Below, piece by piece: positions 18,463 through 27,010 of a stretch of 64,000 nt of DNA (the first letter of the stretch is position 1; each line of letters begins with the position of its first letter). Where the stretch lies: IMG/VR virus record IMGVR_UViG_3300020564_000003; one strand, 5' to 3'. The notes below the pieces were generated by a model. That model was not told where the DNA came from. It did no database searches and saw only the letters and a program-made list of their open reading frames with translations. This stretch comes from an uncultured virus (IMG/VR IMGVR_UViG_3300020564_000003) (lineage: Duplodnaviria > Heunggongvirae > Uroviricota > Caudoviricetes). Both the position numbers and the translations under genes were made by a program.

Positions 18463-19827
18463 ATGGCACGTAAATTTTTAACATCAATTGACTTAGTCAA
18501 GAACGAGCTTCAAAATGCTCGTATACAAAACTTAGCTACTGACCCAGCAAGTCCTGTAACAGGCCAGGTTTACTACAACACCGTTGCTAATGAAATGCGT
18601 GTCTACAACGGTACTATCTGGGAAGCTGTTGGACTTAACGGCGTAACCGCAGATGCCGCAGAACTTAACATCCTTGATGGCGCAACACTTACCACTACAG
18701 AGCTTAACTACGTAGATGGCGTAACCTCTGGGATTCAAGGGCAGCTTGACCTTAAAGCTCCTCTTGCTGACCCAACCTTTACAGGTACGGTTTCGTTGGA
18801 CTCTACAATCGTATTTGAAGGTTCTACAGCAAACGGTAACGAAACCACGCTTACTGCAACTGACCCAACCGCTGACCGCACAATTACTCTTCCTGATGCT
18901 AGCGGAACAGTAATCCTTACCACAAACAAGGTAACAGATTTAACAGCACCAACTAGCTCATTCACAATGAATGGCCAGTTAATTACAAACGTAGCAGACC
19001 CAGTAAGTGCACAAGATGCTGCAACTAAGAACTACGTTGACTCTGTTGCACAAGGCCTTGATGTTAAGGCATCAGTTCGTGCAGCTACAACTACATCAGT
19101 AACTTTATCTACAGACCTTGAAAATGGAGATACTCTTGACGGAGTAACTCTTGCTACTGGTGACCGCATTCTTGTTAAGAATCAATCAACTGGTTCTGAA
19201 AATGGTATTTATGTAGTTAAGGCTTCAGGAACCCCAGACCGTGCTCCAGACGCAAACGTAAGCTCTGAAGTAACTGCTGGTCTCTTTACCTTTGTTAGCG
19301 AAGGTACAGTAAACGGAAATAGTGGTTGGGTATTAAACACCGATGACGCTATTACGCTAGGCACTACTGCTCTTACTTTTGCGCAGTTCTCAGGTGCTGG
19401 AACCTACACAGCCTCTAACGGCGTTCTTCTTACAGGAACTAACTTCACCTTTGCTCCCCTTTCTACAGGTGGTTTGCAAACAGCTGCTGGTGGCGCATCC
19501 ATCAAACTTGCCGCGAACTCAGGTGCCGCAACAGATGCTAACGGGTTTGCAATTGGCGCTGGAAACGGCATCACTGTTGGAACGAACACCATTTCTGTTG
19601 ATGCAGCCGTAGTAGCCAGAAAGTACTCAACAACCCTTTCTACATCAGCTACCTCATACACAGTAACTCACAACCTAGGCACACTAGATGTTCACGTTCA
19701 AGTATATGAAGTATCAACTGGAGAAGAGGTTATGGTAGACAACATACGAGCCACAACATCCACTATCACCCTCCTCTTTGCATCTGCACCGACAGCTAAC
19801 GCATACAGAGTCGTTGTAATCGGGTAA
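18463..19827 (+). CDS. Fibre/whisker-like structural protein
   Basis: AGGAG RBS; DAATKNYVD, GDRILVKNQ...ENGIY motifs common in phage fibres. Confidence 0.7.
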   Translation: MARKFLTSIDLVKNELQNARIQNLATDPASPVTGQVYYNTVANEMRVYNGTIWEAVGLNGVTADAAELNILDGATLTTTELNYVDGVTSGIQGQLDLKAPLADPTFTGTVSLDSTIVFEGSTANGNETTLTATDPTADRTITLPDASGTVILTTNKVTDLTAPTSSFTMNGQLITNVADPVSAQDAATKNYVDSVAQGLDVKASVRAATTTSVTLSTDLENGDTLDGVTLATGDRILVKNQSTGSENGIYVVKASGTPDRAPDANVSSEVTAGLFTFVSEGTVNGNSGWVLNTDDAITLGTTALTFAQFSGAGTYTASNGVLLTGTNFTFAPLSTGGLQTAAGGASIKLAANSGAATDANGFAIGAGNGITVGTNTISVDAAVVARKYSTTLSTSATSYTVTHNLGTLDVHVQVYEVSTGEEVMVDNIRATTSTITLLFASAPTANAYRVVVIG

Positions 19828-19832
19828 TATAA

Positions 19833-20117
19833 ATGAGTACAAAGGCATTAGTACCCTTAAACGTACTGGCTAAGAGCAGCGAGCCTGTTGGCCAACGTGC
19901 AGGTGACCTATACTTTGACACTACAACATTAAAGTTAAGAATATACGATGGCACACTTTGGATTGACATTGTCGGTACTGGTGGCTCTGGACAACTTAAC
20001 GTAGATGGTGGAAGACCAGCCTCTTTCTACGGTGGAACTCCAAATGTATTTGGTGGCTTCCCATCCTCTACATTTGAGGGGTCTTACACAGGGTCTTATG
20101 ACGGAGGAGTTTCGTAA
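19833..20117 (+). CDS. Small fibre-associated protein
   Basis: GDLYFDTT..LRIYDG..W and DGG motifs; coupled to next gene. Confidence 0.55.
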   Translation: MSTKALVPLNVLAKSSEPVGQRAGDLYFDTTTLKLRIYDGTLWIDIVGTGGSGQLNVDGGRPASFYGGTPNVFGGFPSSTFEGSYTGSYDGGVS

Positions 20118-22309
20118 TGGCAGTTGTTAATATTCTACTACGCAGAGGAACTGCGGCTGAGTGGACCGCATCAAACCCAATTCTTCTTGAAGGTGAAGTT
20201 GGCGTAGAAACTGACAGTAAAAAGCTTAAAGTTGGAGACGGGCTTACAGTTTGGGCTTCTCTACCTTACATCACACTAACTCCAGCAGCTGCATCTAGCC
20301 TCTACGCTACGATTGCTAACCCAACATTTACTGGAACAGTCTCCCTTGGAACTGGTGTTGGCATTCTGTTTGAAGGCGCAACTGCAAATGATTTTGAAAC
20401 TGCATTACAAGTAGTAGACCCTACAGCAGATAGAACACTGTCTCTGCCAGATGCAACAGGAACACTAGCTACACAGGAATATGTAACCACTGAAATAGGA
20501 ACACATAACTCAGACACAACCTCCGTTCATGGAATTGCGGATACATCAGCACTTGCCACAAAGACATATGCAGACACCGCTGTAAGCACCCATAGCTCAG
20601 ATACAACGTCTGTGCACGGTATTACGGATACAGCTGACCTTGCTACAAAGTCATACGCAGATACTGCAGCTGCTTCAGCAGTTTCTACATCAGTTTTTAA
20701 TCACTCATCAGACACTCTAGACGTTCACGGCATTGCAGACACAGCGGCACTTGCTACAAAAACGTATGCTGATACTGCAGTGTCTACGCACTCTTCAGAT
20801 ACGACTTCTGTTCATGGCATTACAGATACCGCCGAACTTGCTACAAAGACTTATGCAGATACTTCAGTTTCCACACACAGCTCAGATACAACCTCTATTC
20901 ACGGCATTGCAGACACTGCAGAGCTAGCTACAAAGACATATGCAGACACTGCTGTTTCAACACACTCTTCGGACACAACTTCTGTCCATGGTATTGCAGA
21001 TACCGCAAATCTTGCTACAAAGTCATACGCAGATGGTGCTGTGTCTACTCACGAAGCAGACACAACTTCTGTACATGGGATTGCAGACACTGCAGAGCTA
21101 GCTACAAAGACATATGCAGACACTGCTGTTTCAACACACTCTTCGGACACCACTTCTGTACATGGGATTGCAGATACCAGTCTGCTCGTAACAACAACTG
21201 GAACTCAAAACCTTACCAATAAAACGTTAACTACCCCAATTATTAATGGTCCAGAAATTACTGCTACTGGTGGAGTTCCACGTATTCACGGTATTTATCT
21301 TCCAGAGCCACACACCATTACGTTTGAAGGCTCAACAACAGATGAGTTTGAAACAGTGTTAACAGTTGCAAACCCAACAGCAGATAGAACTGTAACTATT
21401 CCAGATGCAACTACTACTCTCGTTGGAAGAGATACGACAGATACTCTTACAAATAAAACTTTAACTTCACCAGTAATTAATACTCCTACTGGAATTACTA
21501 AATCTGATGTTGGTCTGGCTAACGTTGATAATACAACAGATGCGAACAAGCCAATCTCAACTGCTACACAAGCAGCCCTTGACCTTAAGGCCCCAAAATC
21601 AACGCCAACATTTACTGGCACAGTTACAGCGTCAAACGACCTTGTTGTTGATGGAAACTTAACTGTAAACGGTACAACGTTTAACGCATCATCAACATCT
21701 ATCGTAATTGAAGATAACATTCTTCAGCTTGCTCATCAAAATGCAGCTAACGCAGTTGACCTTGGTCTTGTCGTTGGGTATAACGATGGCGCAACAAAGC
21801 ATGCAGGTCTTGTAAGAGACGTATCTGACGCTAAGTGGAAGTTGTTTCAAGGCGTAACTACAGAGCCTACAACAACTGTAAACTTTGGCCAAGGGTCACT
21901 AGATAACCTTGCAGTTGCAGCACTTGAGGCAACAACAGTAACCCCTTCATCTGGAGTAGTGTTTACAGACGGCACTCAGACAAAAGAAGGCGTCCCATCA
22001 CGCACACCAATTATTCAAAAGACGGCTTCTTATACGCTTTCAGCCTTGACTGAAAGAGACACTTTAATTGAGGTCGCTAGTTCAAGTGGTACAACAATTA
22101 CTATCCCATTGAACTCAACAGTAGCCTTTCCAGTAGGGACATCAATTGATATTCTTCAAACTTCTACAGGGCAAGTGACCATCGCTGGAGCTGTTGGAGT
22201 AACAGTTAACGCAACACCTGGCTTAAAACTTCGCACAACTTGGTCATCTGCAACTCTCTTCAAGAGAGCAGAAAATACCTGGGTTGTCTTTGGCGACTTG
22301 ACGGCTTAA
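20117..22309 (+). CDS. Tail/head fibre protein with Mtd-N (hyaluronidase-N-like) domain and His repeats
   Basis: LRRGTAAEWTASNPILLEGEVGVETD..KLKVGDG; eight ~29-aa repeats; TKSDVGLANVDNT fibre motif. Confidence 0.8.
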   Translation: MAVVNILLRRGTAAEWTASNPILLEGEVGVETDSKKLKVGDGLTVWASLPYITLTPAAASSLYATIANPTFTGTVSLGTGVGILFEGATANDFETALQVVDPTADRTLSLPDATGTLATQEYVTTEIGTHNSDTTSVHGIADTSALATKTYADTAVSTHSSDTTSVHGITDTADLATKSYADTAAASAVSTSVFNHSSDTLDVHGIADTAALATKTYADTAVSTHSSDTTSVHGITDTAELATKTYADTSVSTHSSDTTSIHGIADTAELATKTYADTAVSTHSSDTTSVHGIADTANLATKSYADGAVSTHEADTTSVHGIADTAELATKTYADTAVSTHSSDTTSVHGIADTSLLVTTTGTQNLTNKTLTTPIINGPEITATGGVPRIHGIYLPEPHTITFEGSTTDEFETVLTVANPTADRTVTIPDATTTLVGRDTTDTLTNKTLTSPVINTPTGITKSDVGLANVDNTTDANKPISTATQAALDLKAPKSTPTFTGTVTASNDLVVDGNLTVNGTTFNASSTSIVIEDNILQLAHQNAANAVDLGLVVGYNDGATKHAGLVRDVSDAKWKLFQGVTTEPTTTVNFGQGSLDNLAVAALEATTVTPSSGVVFTDGTQTKEGVPSRTPIIQKTASYTLSALTERDTLIEVASSSGTTITIPLNSTVAFPVGTSIDILQTSTGQVTIAGAVGVTVNATPGLKLRTTWSSATLFKRAENTWVVFGDLTA
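20468..21187 (+). repeat. Eight ~87-bp coding repeats (ATKTYADTAVSTHSSDTTSVHGIADTAEL)
   Basis: Visible in protein and DNA; third copy has an 8-aa insertion. Confidence 0.9.
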
Positions 22310-22330
22310 GAAAACACACAGGAGAGTTAA

Positions 22331-23413
22331 ATGGCATCGGGTAAAAGAATTGGAAAAAAGTCACAGGCTTCAAATGACTTTTTAGAGCCATTAGCTCCTA
22401 CAGGCGTATCTGCTTCAAATGTTGGAACAGGCAGAGCGTACAATAACGGCGCAGCGGTTGTTTCATTCTCTTTACCTGCACTTTCTCCAGCAGCAACTTC
22501 ATTTACAGTAACAGCAAGTTCAGGCCAGACAGCAAGCGGGTCATCATCTCCAATTACAGTTACTGGCATTCCTGTTAGTGCATCTGTAACATTTACAGTA
22601 ACAGCTACAAATGCTGCAGGAACTTCTCCCGCCTCTACTGCCTCGTCTGCAATCGCTATTACAACAAGGCCACAGGCACCACAGTCAGTTTCTGCAGCCA
22701 CAGTTTCTGCAAACCTTAATAGAATTAGCTGGACTGCTGGAGCCAATGGCGGTAGTGCAATTACCTCTTACACAATTACTGGCTCTGACGGCACAAGTTA
22801 CACTGGCATTTCTGGCTCAGCAGTGTCGTATGATGCTGCAGATAGCACGCCTTCTGGCCCAGCTCCAGGCTCACAGAGCTATACTATTGTTGCTATCACT
22901 TCGGTAGGAACTTCAGATGCAGCCTCTACAAGTTCTATTACGACTATTTCTCCATTCTTCCCATTCTTTCCTCCGTTCTTTCCTCCGTTCTTTCCATTCT
23001 TTCCATTCTTCCCTCCATTCTTCCCTCCATTCTTCCCATTCTTTCCTCCGTTCTTCCCACCATTCTTCCCATTCTTCCCATTCTTCCCTCCATTCTTCCC
23101 TCCATTCTTCCCATTCTTTCCTCCATTCTTCCCACCATTCTTCCCATTCTTCCCACCATTCTTCCCACCATTCTTCCCATTCTTCCCATTCTTCCCATTC
23201 TTCCCACCATTCTTCCCACCATTCTTCCCACCATTCTTCCCATTCTTCCCACCATTCTTCCCACCATTCTTCCCACCATTCTTCCCATTCTTCCCACCAT
23301 TCTTCCCACCATTCTTCCCACCATCCTTCCCATCATTTGGTGGCTGTGGGTCAGACTGTTTCTACTGTCTGTATGACTTCGGTGCAGGGTGCGGTTGTTC
23401 GTGCGCTTTCTAA
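22331..23413 (+). CDS. Fn3-domain protein with 129-aa Pro/Phe repeat and Cys-rich C-terminus
   Basis: GGAG RBS; two Fn3-like domains (YTITG, TFTVTATNAAG); (P)PFF repeats; GGCGSDCFYC...CGCSCAF. Confidence 0.85.
   Translation: MASGKRIGKKSQASNDFLEPLAPTGVSASNVGTGRAYNNGAAVVSFSLPALSPAATSFTVTASSGQTASGSSSPITVTGIPVSASVTFTVTATNAAGTSPASTASSAIAITTRPQAPQSVSAATVSANLNRISWTAGANGGSAITSYTITGSDGTSYTGISGSAVSYDAADSTPSGPAPGSQSYTIVAITSVGTSDAASTSSITTISPFFPFFPPFFPPFFPFFPFFPPFFPPFFPFFPPFFPPFFPFFPFFPPFFPPFFPFFPPFFPPFFPFFPPFFPPFFPFFPFFPFFPPFFPPFFPPFFPFFPPFFPPFFPPFFPFFPPFFPPFFPPSFPSFGGCGSDCFYCLYDFGAGCGCSCAF
22952..23338 (+). repeat. 9/12-bp tandem array CCATTCTTC / CCACCATTCTTC encoding 14 PFF + 20 PPFF + PPSF + PSF
   Basis: Counted from sequence; only three G in 387 nt on + strand; variation is synonymous in the P/F frame. 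Confidence 0.95.
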
Positions 23414-23454
23414 GATATGGTATATTTATTAAGTAACTACAAAAGGAGCACTTG

Positions 23455-23886
23455 ATGAACACATATGTATTTGCAACAAAAATATCTGAAGACTCGTACG
23501 AAGTCTTTAATATGCTGCATCTTGAGAGTCCTAATGCGGACCCTCTAATTCAGCGCATTGAGAATGCGCTAGATAGCGGTCTTCCAATAACAACAATGGT
23601 TACTACAGACATTGAAAATGTATACCCTGGGGCAGTTTGGGATGGTGAAGCTTTTGTGGGAGGAGAGAGGCCTGAAAGGTACAACGATACCCCTGACTGG
23701 GGAAAGTACTCTTTCCTAGTAGATAACACCATGTTCTTAACAACAGTATCCCCAAAAGGTGGTCACACAGATTTGATGAATGCCGCTGCTTTTGCACAAG
23801 AAGTTATTCTTCTTAGAGTACCAGAGGGCCAAACCGTTAATCGCGGTTCTATCTGGGACGGCACAACCTTTACGTCTCCAGAGTAA
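23455..23886 (+). CDS. Hypothetical protein with two internal repeats ending GxxWDGxxF (possible fibre chaperone)
   Basis: AGGAG RBS; GAVWDGEAF and GSIWDGTTF. Confidence 0.7.
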   Translation: MNTYVFATKISEDSYEVFNMLHLESPNADPLIQRIENALDSGLPITTMVTTDIENVYPGAVWDGEAFVGGERPERYNDTPDWGKYSFLVDNTMFLTTVSPKGGHTDLMNAAAFAQEVILLRVPEGQTVNRGSIWDGTTFTSPE

Positions 23887-23889
23887 CCT

Positions 23890-24135
23890 ATGTCTAAATG
23901 GAGTGAATGGAAAGAGGCTCTTGGAGACTCAAGGCCTTGGCACTTAATTGATTCTGGTAAAAAGCTTGATGACCAGGAGATTATTAAAAAAAGACTTGAT
24001 GAATGCATGTCTTGTGAAAACCTCATTAAAATTACAAAAAGCTGTAAACTATGCGGGTGCATTATGCCGTTAAAAACAACGCTTGCAGATGCAGAATGCC
24101 CTATTGGAAAATGGAAAAGACAGTCACTTAATTAG
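23890..24135 (+). CDS. Cys-rich DUF6171-like small protein, copy 1
   Basis: RxxxCxxC...CxxCGC...K......CPxxKW. Confidence 0.75.
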   Translation: MSKWSEWKEALGDSRPWHLIDSGKKLDDQEIIKKRLDECMSCENLIKITKSCKLCGCIMPLKTTLADAECPIGKWKRQSLN

Positions 24136-24153
24136 ATTATAGGAAGGCAAAAA

Positions 24154-24861
24154 ATGCACAATGAAAATGAAAATATCTGGTTTACAAAAGATAGGTCAGA
24201 GACTGCATCAAATAGAGTTCCTGAAAGAGCTCTAGACGATAAAGTAAGTGTTAAAAATTTAGGTTTGGGACTACACCTCTACCAAAACACTTTCTCACGT
24301 GAAGATGCCGCAAGATACATTAACACTCTTGAGTCCAATCTATCATCAGGCAACAAATATAAGTGGTCAGAGGCGCAAGTTACACAATCTGCTGTCCCAG
24401 TTAAGCGGGCAAGAGACTGTGTAGATTTTAAGTATAAGCAGGAGAACCTTGGGCCAAGAGATGAGTCAAACGCTGAACTTATAGACTTGCATGAGGAGAT
24501 ATACCAAAAGCTTAAGTACTGTATAGACGACTATGCTAGGTATTGGGGTATTAACGTCGTATATTACGAAGCTTTTAACTTTGTAAAGTATGAGGGGGCA
24601 GGGACTCACTTCAACATTCACGCAGACCACGGTCCTGCATACAACTGCACAGTATCTGCGGTTATTTATATTAATGATGATTATGAAGGTGGAGACCTTA
24701 AGTTCCCAAGACTTGATAACTTAGTTTATAAGCCAAAAGTAGGGGACATTGCAGTATTCCCATCAAACTATATTTATGAGCACGCTTCTCTGCCGATGGT
24801 TTCAGGTACAAAATATTGCGTTGTTGTGATGACAGACATTAACGAGTTAGGGCACAAGTAA
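24154..24861 (+). CDS. 2OG-Fe(II) oxygenase, prolyl-4-hydroxylase-like (1)
   Basis: HAD...YINDDYEGG...YEH...GTKY. Confidence 0.9.
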   Translation: MHNENENIWFTKDRSETASNRVPERALDDKVSVKNLGLGLHLYQNTFSREDAARYINTLESNLSSGNKYKWSEAQVTQSAVPVKRARDCVDFKYKQENLGPRDESNAELIDLHEEIYQKLKYCIDDYARYWGINVVYYEAFNFVKYEGAGTHFNIHADHGPAYNCTVSAVIYINDDYEGGDLKFPRLDNLVYKPKVGDIAVFPSNYIYEHASLPMVSGTKYCVVVMTDINELGHK

Positions 24862-25628
24862 TGGCTTTAGTAGCCATATTTAGGTCATTTAGGCCGTGGA
24901 TAGATAAAAAGCATATCTCTGTTCCAGTACCGACACAGACGCAAATGCCTGCCTGGTATAAAAATGCAGACAGATTTGCAAAAATGCCAAACGGAGAATA
25001 TTACAAAGCTCCAAAAGAAATTTGCCCATTTCCTAAAGAGGGTACAACAGATGATTATGGAAAAATTCCTACATGGAAAGCGTGCCCAGCTATTATGGAC
25101 GCCTTTACAACTGGGTACATCTTTAAAACACCGTGCGATTTAACTTTCTATAAAAATACTCAAGGAATCATAGATGTAAAAATCAATAACCCTAAGTACC
25201 AAGACTTCTGTACCCAAAGGCCCCCAATGCCACAGTTTGAGCATCCAAAAGGATACTATCAAACTCATTTTGCTTGGAGCTCTCCTTGGGGACTAGAACT
25301 TCCAGAGGGATACAGCGCACTGTTTATGACACCAATGAATAGGTTTGACTTACCGTTCCTAAACACTACTGGCGTTGTAGACTCAGACAAGCTTCACTTA
25401 CTTGGAACTTTTCCATTCTTTCTTCCAGAAGGTTGGGAAGGTACCATCCCAGAAGGAACTCCGTATATGCAGGTTCTCCCGTTTAAACGAGAAAACTGGG
25501 AACACAAAATAGACATTCCAGACCAATCTACAATGTATGATAAATTAGTAAAGAACATGCAATTTTACCGTCAGCCTGATGGCGGCGTATACCAAACCAA
25601 AGTTTGGTCAAAACGAGACTACAAATAG
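24861..25628 (+). CDS. DUF6065-related protein
   Basis: KACPAIMDAFTTGY, PWGLELPEGYSAL, GVVDSD, GTPYMQVLPFKR; C-terminal pattern shared with 26294 gene. Confidence 0.55.
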   Translation: MALVAIFRSFRPWIDKKHISVPVPTQTQMPAWYKNADRFAKMPNGEYYKAPKEICPFPKEGTTDDYGKIPTWKACPAIMDAFTTGYIFKTPCDLTFYKNTQGIIDVKINNPKYQDFCTQRPPMPQFEHPKGYYQTHFAWSSPWGLELPEGYSALFMTPMNRFDLPFLNTTGVVDSDKLHLLGTFPFFLPEGWEGTIPEGTPYMQVLPFKRENWEHKIDIPDQSTMYDKLVKNMQFYRQPDGGVYQTKVWSKRDYK

Positions 25629-25637
25629 GAGAATGCA

Positions 25638-26294
25638 ATGCAAACATGGACAGAAAAAGTTGATTTAGGTAGTGGCATCTTTTGCTATAAGGGCGTCATC
25701 AATAAAGACATTGATGTTATAGGTAGAATTGAAGCAAACCTTAAGCCAGAAGGAGATATGACTGGGTATGCTTGGCAACCAGCGTACGTTGGGTATAGGC
25801 AGCTTATGCCAGAGTACAGAGACTGCAACGACTTTAAATTTAAGAAGACTGATATAGAAAATGACAAGAGTCAGGTCAGCTTAAATCTTCAAGCTTTGTG
25901 GCAAGATTTGTATGACGTTAAGTTACCTGCGGTTGAAGACTACTGCAGAATGTACAACATTAACAATTTAAAGTATTGGGAAGCATTCAACTTCATTAAG
26001 TATGGTCCAGGACAACACTTTATGGAGCACCATGACCATGGATTTTCTTACAACTGTACAGTTTCTTTAGTTGGGTATCCAAACGATGATTACGAAGGTG
26101 GCGAGCTTTACTTTAGGTTACAGAACTTAAAGGTTAAAGCAGATGCTGGGGACCTGTTTATTTTTCCATCAAATTTTATGTACCCACATCAAGCAATGCC
26201 AGTGACTTCTGGCGTCAAATACTCTATTGTGACAATGCTTGACTACAGCAAAAAGTTTCATACTCCAGAGATGTATAGCGCAGAATCAGATTAA
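25638..26294 (+). CDS. 2OG-Fe(II) oxygenase, prolyl-4-hydroxylase-like (2)
   Basis: HHD...YPNDDYEGG...YPH...GVKY; close paralog of copy 1 (RDCxDFK, EAFNFxKY, YNCTVS). Confidence 0.9.
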   Translation: MQTWTEKVDLGSGIFCYKGVINKDIDVIGRIEANLKPEGDMTGYAWQPAYVGYRQLMPEYRDCNDFKFKKTDIENDKSQVSLNLQALWQDLYDVKLPAVEDYCRMYNINNLKYWEAFNFIKYGPGQHFMEHHDHGFSYNCTVSLVGYPNDDYEGGELYFRLQNLKVKADAGDLFIFPSNFMYPHQAMPVTSGVKYSIVTMLDYSKKFHTPEMYSAESD

Positions 26295-27010
26295 TGTTCA
26301 ACATCTCAGTTGAAAAAACACACGGGGCTCTCTTTGATGTCCAACCTATGCCCATTAAAAGAGACTGGATGGATGCAACGTCAGAGAATCACGCTTACAG
26401 GTGTTTTCCAGTAACCCAGTCAAATGTAATTGGCTGGAGTTTATCGTGCTTACAGGACATTGAGTTTATTTGGGATGGAATAAACGACCAAACACCAGAC
26501 CGTGTCCAAGTGTTTAGTCCAGAAGGGGCTTACTCTGGTAGAGGTCAATCCTCTATAAGCTTAAACACGGGACTGGTTTTTAGGACAGATGAAGATGTCA
26601 GTATCTTTACTATTAACCCAGTAAATTATTTTAGTGATGAGTTTGAAACTATGTCGTCCCTAATCAGCACATCTTTTTACGACAACCCTTTGCCTTTAGC
26701 TATCAAGGCAAAGATTGCAAATAAAAGGGTAGTTATTAAGGCTGGAACCCCAGTTGCCACAATTATCCCAATATCTTTGTCAAAGTTAAATGGAACAAAC
26801 ATTGAGGTTGTTGAGTACCAAGACCCAGGTAGCAAACGATTAAATGCAAACATTTCTTACGGAGAGGCTGCACAAAAAGTAAACTCTTCTGGAAAATGGA
26901 CAGATTGGTACAGAGACGCTGTAAACGAAAGAGAAGAAAGCCTAGGCTCTCATGAAGTAAAGACCCTAAAATTAGGGGTAATAGATAAAACGAAAAGGGA
27001 TACACTATGA
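26294..27010 (+). CDS. DUF6065-like protein
   Basis: RDWMDAT...HAYRCFP....N..GW; GTPVATIIP. Confidence 0.65.
   Translation: MFNISVEKTHGALFDVQPMPIKRDWMDATSENHAYRCFPVTQSNVIGWSLSCLQDIEFIWDGINDQTPDRVQVFSPEGAYSGRGQSSISLNTGLVFRTDEDVSIFTINPVNYFSDEFETMSSLISTSFYDNPLPLAIKAKIANKRVVIKAGTPVATIIPISLSKLNGTNIEVVEYQDPGSKRLNANISYGEAAQKVNSSGKWTDWYRDAVNEREESLGSHEVKTLKLGVIDKTKRDTL

Noticed and set aside
20468..21187. CRISPR-like regularly spaced repeats
   Set aside because: Whole 87-bp units repeat at the protein level with synonymous changes; there are no spacers.
20117..22309. Diversity-generating retroelement suggested by the Mtd-N-like domain
   Set aside because: No reverse transcriptase and no template/variable repeat pair with adenine-specific differences seen in the window.
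22952..23338. CRISPR array or telomere-like repeat
   Set aside because: Contiguous 9/12-bp units with no unique spacers, in frame within a CDS; no cas genes seen.
22917..23462. Alternative-frame ORFs over the repeat (His/Ser-rich + frame; MGRMVGR-repeat minus strand)
   Set aside because: Shadows of a stop-free repeat. Nucleotide variation is synonymous only in the Pro/Phe frame, which also has an RBS and Fn3 domains.
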